Below the pieces are notes generated by a model. It was not told the origin of the DNA, searched no databases, and saw only the letters and a list, made by a program, of their open reading frames with translations. The position numbers were made by a program, and so were the translations under genes. 64,000 nucleotides of DNA from Alphaproteobacteria bacterium (GTDB lineage Bacteria; Pseudomonadota; Alphaproteobacteria; UBA828): contig OZ243972.1 in the NCBI GenBank assembly GCA_965214705.1, forward strand, positions 2,336,001 to 2,400,000, given 5' to 3'. The stretch's first letter is position 1; each line of letters starts with the position of its first letter. Shown here in pieces: positions 1 to 9,368 of this stretch.

Positions 1-927
1 GTGCCGGGCGTAGGGGCTCATCGCCTCGACCAGCGCTTCGAGGATCGCGTGCCAGTGCGGCTCCCCCATCTCCTCGGAGAGCCGCCTGACGCCTTCCCGC
101 ATGTGCCGGGCCCGCGGGTCCTCGGCCCGGTAGACGCGGTGGCCGAAGCCCATGATGGGCTCGCGCGCCTTGCGCTTCGCCTTGACGTAGCCCGCCGCCT
201 TGGCCGGATCGCCGATCTCCTTGGCCATGCGCATCACGTTCTCGGCCGCGCCGCCGTGGGCTGGGCCGGAGAGCGCAGCCACCGCCGCGGTGATGCCGGC
301 ATGCAGGTTCGCATCGGTGCTGACCACGACCCGCGCGGTGAACGAGGACGCGTTGGAGCCGTGCTCGGCGTGCAGCACCATGTCCGTGTCCATCAGCGCG
401 CAGGCGTCCTCGCTTGGCGCTTCCCCCTTGAGCATGTAGAGGAAGTTCGCGGCATGGCCGAGGTCCGCGCTCGCCGGCACAGGCTCGCGGCCCTGGCGAA
501 TGTGGTGGTGCGCGGTCACGATCATCGGCACCTGCGAGGTGAGCTGTATGCCCTTGCGCCGGGTCGCCTCGAGCGAGTTGTCGCCGGTCTCGGGATCGAA
601 CGCGGCGAGCGCTGAGACCGCGGTCCGCAGCACGTCCATGGGATGCGAATCCTTCACCGCGCGGATGATGTCGTGGACCGCGCCGGGCAGGGTGCGCGCC
701 TGCTTCAGCGCGGCGTCGAAGGCGTCGAGCTCGGATCGCGCCGGCAGTTCGCCGTACAGCAACAGGTAGGCGGTCTCCTCGAAGGACGAGCGTGCGGCGA
801 GATCGTGGATGGAGTAGCCGCGATAGCGCAGCTCGCCGGCGCGGCCGTCGATCAGCGTTGTCGGCGAGCGGTCGAAGCACAGATCCTTTAGGCCGCGATG
901 GACCTCGGGCTGGTTCGCGTCCGTCAT
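1..927 (-). CDS. Citrate synthase family protein (GltA2/PrpC-like), 3' end beyond window
   Basis: Not in ORF track (runs off window). Manual translation from ATG at 927: MTDANQPEVHRGLKDLCFDRSPTTLIDGRAGELRYRGYSIHDLA...VLHAEHGSNASSFTARV...LHGGAAE...MGFGHRVY, all citrate synthase motifs. Confidence 0.9.
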   Translation of the reverse strand, partial: MTDANQPEVHRGLKDLCFDRSPTTLIDGRAGELRYRGYSIHDLAARSSFEETAYLLLYGELPARSELDAFDAALKQARTLPGAVHDIIRAVKDSHPMDVLRTAVSALAAFDPETGDNSLEATRRKGIQLTSQVPMIVTAHHHIRQGREPVPASADLGHAANFLYMLKGEAPSEDACALMDTDMVLHAEHGSNASSFTARVVVSTDANLHAGITAAVAALSGPAHGGAAENVMRMAKEIGDPAKAAGYVKAKRKAREPIMGFGHRVYRAEDPRARHMREGVRRLSEEMGEPHWHAILEALVEAMSPYARH

Positions 928-996
928 GACTTTCTCGCCTTCCGCCAGTTGGGAAATCGAATCGTAGCCGACGGGGCCGGCCAGGCAATCGCCTGC

Positions 997-1866
997 TCAG
1001 CCGAGCCTTGTCTGAAGCGCGCGTCCGATCCCCGACGGCGTATCGAGCACCTCGACGCCTGCCGCTTCGAGCGCCGAGCGCTTTGAGGCGTAGGTGCCCT
1101 TGTCGCCCATCACGATGGCGCCGGCGTGTCCCATCTTCTTGCCAGGCGGCGACGCGACGCCCGCGATGAAGGCCACGACAGGCTTGCCCATGTCCCGCGC
1201 GTACTCCGCCGCGTCCTCCTCCATCGTCCCGCCGATCTCGCCGATCACCACGACCGCGTCGGTGCGCTCGTCGGCATCGAGCTCCTGCAGCGCGTCGCGG
1301 GTGGTGGTTCCGACGATCGGGTCGCCACCGATGCCGATGAAGGCAGACTGCCCGAATCCCGCCTGCGCCAGGTTGAGGCAGATCAGGGTGCCGAGGCTGC
1401 CGCTACGGGAGATCACGCCCACGCGGCCGGGCCGGAAGACGTCGGCCTCGAACGCCGGCATGAAACCGACGAAGCACTCGCCCGGCGTGACCAGCCCGGC
1501 GGTGTTGGGGCCGACGACGGCAGCCGCATTCGCCCGCGCCATCGCCAGCAGCTCCATCACGTCCTGCACCGGCACGTGCTCGGTAAGAACGACCAAGCGC
1601 GCGCATCCGGCCTCGATCGCATCCTGCGCCGCCGCCTTCACGCCGAGCGGCGGGATGAACAGAACCGAGACGTCGAAGCCCGTCTCGCACATGGCGTCGC
1701 TGGCGCTCGCATAGACCGGCACGCCGCAATGCCGGGTGCCGGCCTTCTTCGGGTTGACCCCGGCCACGATGCGGGTGCCGTAGGCCTGCATGCGCTCGGT
1801 CCAGTAGGTGCCCTGCTTTCCGGTGATCCCCTGAACGAGCACGCGGTCTGCGCCTCGTGCGATCAT
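997..1866 (-). CDS. ADP-forming acyl-CoA ligase alpha subunit (SucD-like; possibly sulfoacetate-CoA ligase)
   Basis: [29 protein letters not shown] and MGHAGA phospho-His motifs; ATG at 1866 overlaps the stop of the beta-subunit gene. Confidence 0.85.
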   Translation of the reverse strand: MIARGADRVLVQGITGKQGTYWTERMQAYGTRIVAGVNPKKAGTRHCGVPVYASASDAMCETGFDVSVLFIPPLGVKAAAQDAIEAGCARLVVLTEHVPVQDVMELLAMARANAAAVVGPNTAGLVTPGECFVGFMPAFEADVFRPGRVGVISRSGSLGTLICLNLAQAGFGQSAFIGIGGDPIVGTTTRDALQELDADERTDAVVVIGEIGGTMEEDAAEYARDMGKPVVAFIAGVASPPGKKMGHAGAIVMGDKGTYASKRSALEAAGVEVLDTPSGIGRALQTRLG

Positions 1867-3008
1867 TGTGTGGCCCTCGCGCCGCGGGCTGCACCGATCG
1901 CGGCGACGATCGCCAGGTCCATCGTCTCGAAGGGGGTCACGCCGAGCCGTTCGCGGAGCATGGTCTGCGCCTCGGCCGAGCCAGTGCCCCGCACGCTGAA
2001 GAAGACCGGAACGGTCGGCTTGAGCGCTTCCCAGGCGTGGAGCAGCCCGCCGGTCATCACGTCGGTGCGCGCGAACGCACCGCAGAAGTTCACCAGGAGA
2101 CACTTGACCTTGGGGTTGTCGAGCACGAGCTCCAAGGCCGGCCTGGCCTTGGTGTACGCCGCGCCGCCGATTTCCAGGAAGTTCGCCGGCCTCCCGCCGT
2201 GGTGCGTGATGACGTCCATGGTGGTCATGGTGAGCCCGGCACCGTTGGCGAGCACGCCGATGTCGCCGTCGAGCTCGATGTACCGCAACCCGAGGGCTTG
2301 CCCGCGCGCCTCCAGCGGCGTGAGCGGGTCCGGGCTTCCTCGGCTCGCGAGCTCCTGCTGGCGCTGGATGCCAGAATCGTCGAGGGTGAACTTGCAGTCG
2401 AGCGCAACCAGCCGCCCGTCCGCGAGCCGGGCCAGAGGATTCACCTCGAGCAACTCGGCGTCGTTCTCGCGGTAGGCGCGATAGAGCGCGGCTAGGGTCT
2501 CGGCGAGTGGTTCCTCGTCGCTGCCGAGGCCAAGGCCACCCAACATCGCGCGCGCAGCGTCGAGGTCGAAACCTCGCAGGATGTCGACGGGCGCCTGCCG
2601 CAGACGATCCGGCTGCGACGCTGCGATCTCCTCAACGTCCATACCGCCGTCGGACGAGACCATCACCAGCGGCCCCTCCGAGGCCGCGTCGTTGAGGACC
2701 GCTGCGTAGTACTCGGCTGCGATCTGCACCCGCTCCTCGATGAGCACCGAAGCCACCCGATGCCCCGCGATCTCCATGTCGAGGATCGCGCTCGCGGCGT
2801 CATGGGCGGCCTGGGGATCGTCCGCCGTGCGGATGCCGCCAGCCCTGCCGCGCTTGCCCGCCGGCACCTGGGCCTTGACCACCACTGGCACCCCGAGTGC
2901 TGCCGCCGCGGCCTCGGCCTCGCTCGCGCTCCGGGCTAGGCGGCCGCGGGGGATCGCGATCCCCGCCGCCTGCAGCAGCGGCTTCGCCGCATGCTCCTCG
3001 AAGTTCAC
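1863..3008 (-). CDS. ADP-forming acyl-CoA ligase beta subunit (SucC-like, divergent)
   Basis: VVKAQVPAGKRGRAGGI, LLEVNPL, ALDCK, NGAGLTM, ANFLEIGG; the substrate loops differ from canonical SucC. Confidence 0.85.
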   Translation of the reverse strand: MNFEEHAAKPLLQAAGIAIPRGRLARSASEAEAAAAALGVPVVVKAQVPAGKRGRAGGIRTADDPQAAHDAASAILDMEIAGHRVASVLIEERVQIAAEYYAAVLNDAASEGPLVMVSSDGGMDVEEIAASQPDRLRQAPVDILRGFDLDAARAMLGGLGLGSDEEPLAETLAALYRAYRENDAELLEVNPLARLADGRLVALDCKFTLDDSGIQRQQELASRGSPDPLTPLEARGQALGLRYIELDGDIGVLANGAGLTMTTMDVITHHGGRPANFLEIGGAAYTKARPALELVLDNPKVKCLLVNFCGAFARTDVMTGGLLHAWEALKPTVPVFFSVRGTGSAEAQTMLRERLGVTPFETMDLAIVAAIGAARGARATQ

Positions 3009-3042
3009 GATGTTCGGTTCCGTATGGCGCCGGCGGTTACGC

Positions 3043-4464
3043 TTACTTGCCGTGCTTCTCCCAGTAGGCGCCGAACAGCGCCTCCTCGCTGGGTCTGTCT
3101 TCGGGGATCGGCATCGCGAGATGGGTGATGTTGAGGAAATGCCGGTAGTTGAGGTTCTCGCTGATGCTGTTGCCTTGCCAGGTGCCGCAGCCCATGGAGA
3201 GCGTGAAGTTGAGCCCGCTGTCGAAGCCCCCGCCGTTGCCGAAGGTGTGCGCCATGTTCACCAGCACGCGGGCGGTATCGAGCTCCTCGGCGAGCCGGCG
3301 TGCGTGCGCCATCTCCTGCGTATGGATGCCGACGGAGTGGCCGCGCCCCTTGACCGCCATGATCGCGCGGACCTTATCCACGGCATCGTCGAAGCTCTCC
3401 GCGCGATAGACGGTGAGCACGAGGGCGAGCTTCTCGTCGGAGAACGGATACTCGGGACCGATCCCGGTCTCCTCGACCATGAAGAACTTCGCGCCACCCA
3501 CCTTGTCATCGAGGCCGCATTCTGTCGCAAGAACTTCGAAGTCCTTCGCGATCACACTGCGGTTGAGCGTTCCGTCCGCCCAGAGAGTGCGCTGGATCGC
3601 CTCTTTCTCCGCCGCGCTCGCCAGGTGGCCACCGGCGCGTTCCAGCGCGGCCACCGTGTCGTCGTAGACGTCGTCCAGGATGATGACCGCGTTCTCCGAC
3701 GAGCATGACGTCGCGTTGTCGAAGCACTTCGACGCGGCAATCTTCGCCGCCGCTGTGTCGAGGTCCGCGCTGGAATCGATGATGACCGGGACGTTCCCTG
3801 CGCCAACCCCGATGGCGGGCGTGCCGCTACGGTAGGCGGCGCGCACATTGCTCTGCGAGCCGGTGACGACCACGAGGTCGCAGGCCGACATCAGCGCGTT
3901 TGTGATCGCCTTGTCCACTGGAGGCGGCAGCACCTGAACGAGATCCGCCGGCGCGCCAATCTTCTCCAGCTCTGCCCGCATCAGCGCAACTGCGCGTGTG
4001 GTCGTCGGGAGGCCCGCCGGCGACGGCGCAATGACGATCGCGTTGCGGCCCTTGATCGCCATCATCGCCTTGTTCACCGGTGTCGCCGCGGGGTTGGTGG
4101 AGGGCGTCACCGCGCCGACCACGCCGACCGGCTTCGCGTACTTCACCAGTCCGAGTTCCGGCTGCTCCTCGATGATGCCGACGCTCTTCACCCGCATGAG
4201 GTCGCGCAGCGTGCCGAAAGTCTTGCGCTGGTTCTTGACCACCTTGTCTGCCGCGTTGCCGAGGCCGGTGTCTTTGACCGCCATCGCAGCGAGGGCCTCG
4301 GCGTTTTCCGGCTTGTAGAGCGACCACGCCAGCGCGGTCACCGCCTCGTCCACCCGCGCCTGATCCGAGGCCGCGAAGGCCTCCATGGCCGCGCGCCCGC
4401 GACGGACCAGGGTATCGACGATCGCGACCGGGTCGCGTCCGAAGATTTCGGCAGGCTGGCTCAT
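3043..4464 (-). CDS. sauS: CoA-acylating aldehyde dehydrogenase, sulfoacetaldehyde dehydrogenase (SauS)-like
   Basis: PVGVVGAVTPSTNP, GVGAGN, SKCFDNATSCSSEN, EKLALVL, GNGGGFDSGLNFTLSMGCGTW; start ATG 4464 (MSQPAEIF). Confidence 0.7.
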   Translation of the reverse strand: MSQPAEIFGRDPVAIVDTLVRRGRAAMEAFAASDQARVDEAVTALAWSLYKPENAEALAAMAVKDTGLGNAADKVVKNQRKTFGTLRDLMRVKSVGIIEEQPELGLVKYAKPVGVVGAVTPSTNPAATPVNKAMMAIKGRNAIVIAPSPAGLPTTTRAVALMRAELEKIGAPADLVQVLPPPVDKAITNALMSACDLVVVTGSQSNVRAAYRSGTPAIGVGAGNVPVIIDSSADLDTAAAKIAASKCFDNATSCSSENAVIILDDVYDDTVAALERAGGHLASAAEKEAIQRTLWADGTLNRSVIAKDFEVLATECGLDDKVGGAKFFMVEETGIGPEYPFSDEKLALVLTVYRAESFDDAVDKVRAIMAVKGRGHSVGIHTQEMAHARRLAEELDTARVLVNMAHTFGNGGGFDSGLNFTLSMGCGTWQGNSISENLNYRHFLNITHLAMPIPEDRPSEEALFGAYWEKHGK

Positions 4465-4727
4465 CGTCGGTGTCGCTCCTCGAGTTTCTGAATATCGCGC
4501 CGAAGGCAGAACTTGGTGCAGGTTCCGGCTTTGAATCAAGCATCTTACGTGCAGAGCGGCAGTCGTGCAGCAGGGTACGCCCAAGCCGAACGAGGACAGA
4601 GCCGCTGACGTGACGGTCGCCGATGTCGATGGTGAGGCTGGAATCGGGAACACAATCGCCGAATAGTGCCCAAAAGGGAGAATTGGGGGTGACTAAAGTG
4701 GCAAATCGGACCCCTGAAATAGGCGAA

Positions 4728-4894
4728 AAGGCTTATCCCTCTGGCTCCGGTTCCCCAACATGTTGTACCGGCCACCTCGGCGGCGGTATCCGACACGGTC
4801 GCAGTTCCTTCCGTGTCTCAATGGGTTGCCCGTAAAGTGCCCAGCGATCCGGCACCCCACATATGGAGAAGCCGGATGTAAGGGGATAAGCCTT
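4728..4894. mobile_element. 167-bp non-autonomous MITE, IS1595/ISSod11-like ends
   Basis: Terminal inverted repeats AAGGCTTATCCC...GGGATAAGCCTT, extending imperfectly to about 37 bp; exact 8-bp flanking duplication TAGGCGAA at 4720-4727 and 4895-4902; no transposase. Confidence 0.8.
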
Positions 4895-4927
4895 TAGGCG
4901 AATAATCCCGTAAGTCCCGTGAAGGAT

Positions 4928-5004
4928 TGGCGCGCTCGGGAGGATTCGAACCCCCGACCCCCAGATTCGTAGTCTGGTGCTCTATCCAGCTGAGCTACGA
5001 GCGC
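4928..5004 (-). tRNA. tRNA-Arg(ACG)
   Basis: GCGCTCGTAGCTCAGCTGGATAGAGCACCAGACTACGAATCTGGGGGTCGGGGGTTCGAATCCTCCCGAGCGCGCCA; cloverleaf, ACG anticodon, encoded CCA. Confidence 0.97.
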
Positions 5005-5207
5005 GCGGAGGGCGCGGCGCCCGGCGCCGGCCACGCGGCGGACCCTATCCAAATCGCCCCACGGTCGCAAGAGTGCCGCAACGACAGCGGGTCGCGCGGC
5101 CAATGTCCGCGCAGAAGAACGCTGCAGAACGCTGAAGACGGGTACTGTCGCGGTCGGCTCCGGATTGCGTATCCTGCCTGCGGTCCCGTCCCGAAAAGGA
5201 GTAGCCC

Positions 5208-5837
5208 ATGCGCAAGCCCGCTTCCATGAAGGCTCTCGAAAAGCTCGGCCGGGTTCGGCTGTCCGAGCACTTCTTCATGCGCGAGATGCTCCATAGCGAG
5301 ATCGCGAACTTCCACGGTATTCCCAACATTCCGGACGATCCGGACCTCGCGGTTGCGGCCGGGACCCGGCTCTGCGAGGAGCTGCTCGAGCCCCTGCACG
5401 CGACCTTCGGCCACGTCTCGATTCGCTCCGCCTTCCGCTCGGTCGAGGTCAACACCTACGGCCACGAGCGGTCGGACAGGGGCTACAATTGCGGCGAGAC
5501 AACCTGGAATTATGCGAGACACGTCTGGGATCGCCGCGATGCCGAGGGCCACATGGGAGCGACCGCCTGCATCGTCATCCCCTGGTTCGTGCCGCGCTAC
5601 GAAGCGGGCACGCCCTGGCAGGCCCTCGCCTGGTGGATACACGACAGCCTGCCGTACTCGGACATGGCGTTCTTCCCCACCTACGCCGCCTTCAACCTGC
5701 GCTGGTGCGAGCAGCCCAACCGGCGCATCGAGAGCTTTGCGGCGCCCAAGGGCTGCCTCACCAAGCCCGGCATGACGAACCACGCCGGCGACCACGCCTC
5801 GGAATACCCCGGCTTCCCGGCGCTCAAGCGCCACTGA
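5208..5837 (+). CDS. Peptidase M15-like hypothetical protein
   Basis: RLSEHFFMREMLHSE...LLEPL...VSIRSAFRS resembles the M15A N-terminal signature; metal ligands appear altered. Confidence 0.6.
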   Translation: MRKPASMKALEKLGRVRLSEHFFMREMLHSEIANFHGIPNIPDDPDLAVAAGTRLCEELLEPLHATFGHVSIRSAFRSVEVNTYGHERSDRGYNCGETTWNYARHVWDRRDAEGHMGATACIVIPWFVPRYEAGTPWQALAWWIHDSLPYSDMAFFPTYAAFNLRWCEQPNRRIESFAAPKGCLTKPGMTNHAGDHASEYPGFPALKRH

Positions 5838-5853
5838 CGCTTCGCGCCTTTTG

Positions 5854-5960
5854 TCGCTCACGGCAGCCGGCCTCCGACCGGCGCCTCCGCGAGGGCGCCG
5901 CAGGAGCGGCGGGCCGCGGTCGCGGCCTGTCGCGCGCCCGTCAAAGACAGCCGCGCTTTA
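5854..5960 (+). repeat. Structured intergenic repeat, copy A
   Basis: TCGCTCACGGCAGCCGGCCT...GGCCGCGGTCGCGGCCTGTCGCG...GTCAAAGAC is shared with 15091-15197 and, inverted, with 60544-60649. Confidence 0.85.
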
Positions 5961-7130
5961 GAGCAGCGGGTTGTCGGTCTCCAGGCCGAGCGATAAGCGG
6001 CCGTAGGTGATCGCGTTGGGGTCCCAGGTCTGGGTGATGTGGGCGGAGCCCGCGTGGATGTCACGGAAGGCACGGGAGAGGGGATTGCGGTCGTAGACGC
6101 CGCCGCCGCCGCTCGCCGCGGTGATCATGTCCACCGCCTGGCAGCAGAGCTTGGCGGCGTAGGCGCCCTCGGCCCGGTAGCGGGCGCGGGCCTCGGCGTC
6201 CGGCAGCGCGCCGCCTTCGGCGATCGCCGTCGCCTCGGCACAGTTGCCGAGATAGATGCGCCGCGCAGCCGCTACGGCTGCGCGGGCTTCGGCGATCTTG
6301 ACATGGATGGTGCCGAGTTCGGCGAGCCGCTGGCCAGAATAGTGCGCGGCGCGGGTGCGCGTCGCCTCGACGTAGCCCTCCACCGCCGCTTCCGCGATAC
6401 CCAGCACCGCCGCGCCCACCCAGGTAAAGAACATCGCGAAGAGCGGCAGCCGATAGACCGTCCCGGTGTTCACCGCGTTGCCGGGTGCGGCGCCGTGGCG
6501 CGTCGCCGCCGCGTCGATGGTGCGGTATTCGGGCACGAACAGGTCCTCGACTGCGGCATCATTGCTGCCGGTGCCGCGCAGGCCCGACGCGTGCCAGGTG
6601 TCGAGCACGGTGTACTCGCCCTTCGGCACCAAGAAGATGCGGAACTCCTGTGGCTCCTTGTCCACCACCATGGCGCCGAAGAAGTTGGCGCAGGCGTGGT
6701 CGATGCCGCTGCCGAAGGGCCAGCGCCCGTTGAGCCGGTAGCCGCCGACATCCTGCGTCGCCTTGCCGCAGGGGAAGATCAGGTTGCCGGTGAGCAGCGC
6801 GTCCTTGTCCGCGTCCCAGATCTCGTCCTGCGCGCGCTCGGGCCAGAGCGCGAGCTTGAAGGTGCAGCTCGCGAGGTTGCAGTAGACCCAGCCGGTGGAC
6901 GCGCAGCCGCGCGAGAGCAGCGCCACGATCTCCATCATCGTGCCGTAGTCCACCTCGGCCCCGCCGAGCCGCGCCGGCAGCGTCGCCCGGATCAGGCCGC
7001 TGTCCACGAGGTCGGCGATGGACGCGTCGGGGATGCGCCGGAGGGACTCCGCCTCTGGCACCCGCTCGCGCAGCACGGGGATCAGCGCTTCCGCGCGGGC
7101 GAGCAGCGTCTCCCGGTCGGGCGCCGCCAT
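5958..7130 (-). CDS. Acyl-CoA dehydrogenase-fold flavin-dependent monooxygenase (HsaA/HpaH-like)
   Basis: GCASTGW, LNGRWPFGSGIDHA, DTWHASGLRGTGSND, PLSRAFRDIHAGSAH motifs. Confidence 0.85.
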   Translation of the reverse strand: MAAPDRETLLARAEALIPVLRERVPEAESLRRIPDASIADLVDSGLIRATLPARLGGAEVDYGTMMEIVALLSRGCASTGWVYCNLASCTFKLALWPERAQDEIWDADKDALLTGNLIFPCGKATQDVGGYRLNGRWPFGSGIDHACANFFGAMVVDKEPQEFRIFLVPKGEYTVLDTWHASGLRGTGSNDAAVEDLFVPEYRTIDAAATRHGAAPGNAVNTGTVYRLPLFAMFFTWVGAAVLGIAEAAVEGYVEATRTRAAHYSGQRLAELGTIHVKIAEARAAVAAARRIYLGNCAEATAIAEGGALPDAEARARYRAEGAYAAKLCCQAVDMITAASGGGGVYDRNPLSRAFRDIHAGSAHITQTWDPNAITYGRLSLGLETDNPLL

Positions 7131-7145
7131 CGCGGTTCTGCTGGG

Positions 7146-8420
7146 CTACTCGGCCGCAGCCTGCTGCACAACCCTCTGCCGCGCCTGGGGCGGCTTGTGG
7201 TAGGCGCCGTCCTTCATGACCATCAGGATGTTCGCCTCGTCCTGGAGGAGCGTGAGATCGGCGAGCGGATTGCCGTCGATCAGCAGCAGGTCGGCGAGAT
7301 AGCCGGGCTTGACGCGGCCCAGCTCGTCCGGCGCAGCGAAGGCCTGGGCGCCGTAATGGGTCGCGGCGCGCATGATCTCGTAGGGCTTCATGCCGAGATA
7401 GTTGGTAAAGTGCTCGAAGTCCCGCGCCATCTGGCCGTGGGGCGTCCAGGGGAAGCCGTAGTCGCCGAAGGGCAGCACCTTGATGCCGCGCGCGTGCATC
7501 TTCTTCAGCGTCTGGGCCCCGATCTCTAGCTCGCGGACGAAGCCCCATGACTCGGCCTCTTCCGGCGAGATGCCGAACTCGCCGGCTTCGTAGGCGGTCG
7601 CGTGAGTGAAGCCGATGGCCGGCACCACCCAGTGCTTGTCCTTGTGCTCCTCCAGCAGGTCGAGCGATTCCTCGTCCGCATAGGTCGCGTGATAGATCAG
7701 CTCGATCCCGTACTTGATACAGAGCCGGATCGATTCCGGGTTGCGCGCATGGGCGGCGAGGCGGCGGCCCCGCTGGTGCGCGACCCGCGCGCCAGCGGCG
7801 ATCTCGTCCTCGTCCATCGCGCTCTGGGTGGCATCGCAGGCGCCGGGGATCAGATGATCACCCGACGGCATGAGCTTGATGATGTCCACCCCTTCGCGGA
7901 CCAGCATCCGGCAGGCTTGGCGGATCTCCTCCGGCCCGTCGGCGAAGAGCGAAAGGTCGTTCTTGTAGTAGTGCAGCATGCGCTGGTCACCGAGGCCGCC
8001 GGTGACGGTGATCTCCGGCGAGCACGCGCGGTAGCGCGGGCCGGGGATGCGGCCTGCGTCGATCTCGTTCCGGATCACGATGTCGAGGCGGGTCTTTGCC
8101 GCGCCCGCGCCGACCGCCGCCGTCACGCCGTGGTCGATGATCGTCCTGGCGTTGTGCATGGTGATGAGCGTGTGCTCCTCGGGCGGGATCTCGGACATCG
8201 ATTCCGGCCCGGTGTAGCTCATGTGGCAGTGGGCGTTGACGAGGCCCGGCATCAGCGTCGCGCCGTCGCCGTCCACCACCGCAGCGCCCCGCCGCGACAG
8301 CTTCTGGCCGTTTCTGGCGACCTTCTCGATGCGGTTGCCCTGGATCGACACCTCGCCCCGATAGGGCCTCTTGCCGGTGCCGTCGTAGATGCTGATGTTG
8401 GTGAAGACGGTGCGCGCCAT
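7146..8420 (-). CDS. Metal-dependent amidohydrolase (Xaa-Pro dipeptidase-like subgroup)
   Basis: LMPGLVNAHCH, GVDIIKLM, AAHA, IYHA, FGDYG, GYLADLLLIDGNPL; ATG 8420 preceded by an RBS-like sequence. Confidence 0.88.
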   Translation of the reverse strand: MARTVFTNISIYDGTGKRPYRGEVSIQGNRIEKVARNGQKLSRRGAAVVDGDGATLMPGLVNAHCHMSYTGPESMSEIPPEEHTLITMHNARTIIDHGVTAAVGAGAAKTRLDIVIRNEIDAGRIPGPRYRACSPEITVTGGLGDQRMLHYYKNDLSLFADGPEEIRQACRMLVREGVDIIKLMPSGDHLIPGACDATQSAMDEDEIAAGARVAHQRGRRLAAHARNPESIRLCIKYGIELIYHATYADEESLDLLEEHKDKHWVVPAIGFTHATAYEAGEFGISPEEAESWGFVRELEIGAQTLKKMHARGIKVLPFGDYGFPWTPHGQMARDFEHFTNYLGMKPYEIMRAATHYGAQAFAAPDELGRVKPGYLADLLLIDGNPLADLTLLQDEANILMVMKDGAYHKPPQARQRVVQQAAAE

Positions 8421-8825
8421 GTCCCGTTCCTCCCTGAGAGCCACGCTCGCGGAATCCATTATGCTCGCGCGAAGGCCCACGCTCGTCAATGCACGCGAGG
8501 CGCCGTTAGTGGTCTGGTATGAAGTTCGCGTCACTTGACAGACCTGCTCCAGTACCGCTTGCTCGTGGGCCTCAGCCCGCGATGGGGGTACTCAGCCTTC
8601 AGGATAGGGTATAGGCCGGCTTCAAAGCGCAATTCCTAACCGACCGCGGGACTCAGCCATCCCAGAGTGGGGTTGACAAACTAGGTTGACAGTCAACACT
8701 TGACGCGTGACGCCGCCACTGTAGGCAATGAGGCCGCGTCACTGAGAATGAAAGGGAGCAGACACCATGAGCGGCAACACACCGAGGGAGGGCCAACGGC
8801 TGATCAAGCCCGCGCGACGCTAGCC

Positions 8826-9051
8826 GTGTCCAAAGGCCCCAGAGCCGAGAAGCGCCCGGCTGACATGGTCGAGTGCGGTGTACACATCATCAGGACAGCA
8901 GCCGGCCAAATCTCGGATACTACCTACGCACAACCCGGCCAGGTGCGAGCTAGCCAAGCTGGTATTCGCGCGCGCGGCGTCGCTGACGCCGGATGGAAGC
9001 AGCGCGATTGCGCACAAGCCTGCCGCCGCTAGGTGGGAGAGCAGCCAATGA
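8826..9051 (+). pseudogene. Frameshifted small basic protein (xKGPxxEKRPAD...ARAASLTP...IA.K.AAARW type)
   Basis: Frame from GTG 8826 reads SKGPRAEKRPADMVECGVHIIRTAAGQISDT; the +1 frame from about 8968 reads ARAASLTPDGSSAIAHKPAAARWESSQ*, and its TGA overlaps the next ATG (ATGA at 9048-9051). Confidence 0.5.
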
Positions 9052-9368
9052 GTGACACCGACGAGATCAAACCACCTATGAATCTGACCGATCCAGGCAA
9101 GATTGCTGATGCCGCCGAGAAAATCTACGAGGAACGTTACCGGAAGGAGTTTGAAGAGACACACTCAGGACAGTTCGTCGTCATAGACGTAAAGAGTGGA
9201 GAGGCGTACCAAGGAGAGTTCGCGGAAGACGCGCTAAAGGTAGCTAGAGAACGCTCGCCACACGGAGTGTTCCACTTGATTAGGGTCGGTTCCCCGGGAG
9301 CTTTCAGGGTGAGTTACGTTGGCCAACGCACAGCCTCTTGGAATTGGACACTTCGATCAACGGGGTAA
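9048..9368 (+). CDS. Small hypothetical protein, DUF5678-like
   Basis: EKIYEERYRKEFEETHSGQFVVIDVKSGEAYQGEFAEDALKVARERSPHGVFHLIRVG; lower-GC codon usage. Confidence 0.6.
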   Translation: MSDTDEIKPPMNLTDPGKIADAAEKIYEERYRKEFEETHSGQFVVIDVKSGEAYQGEFAEDALKVARERSPHGVFHLIRVGSPGAFRVSYVGQRTASWNWTLRSTG

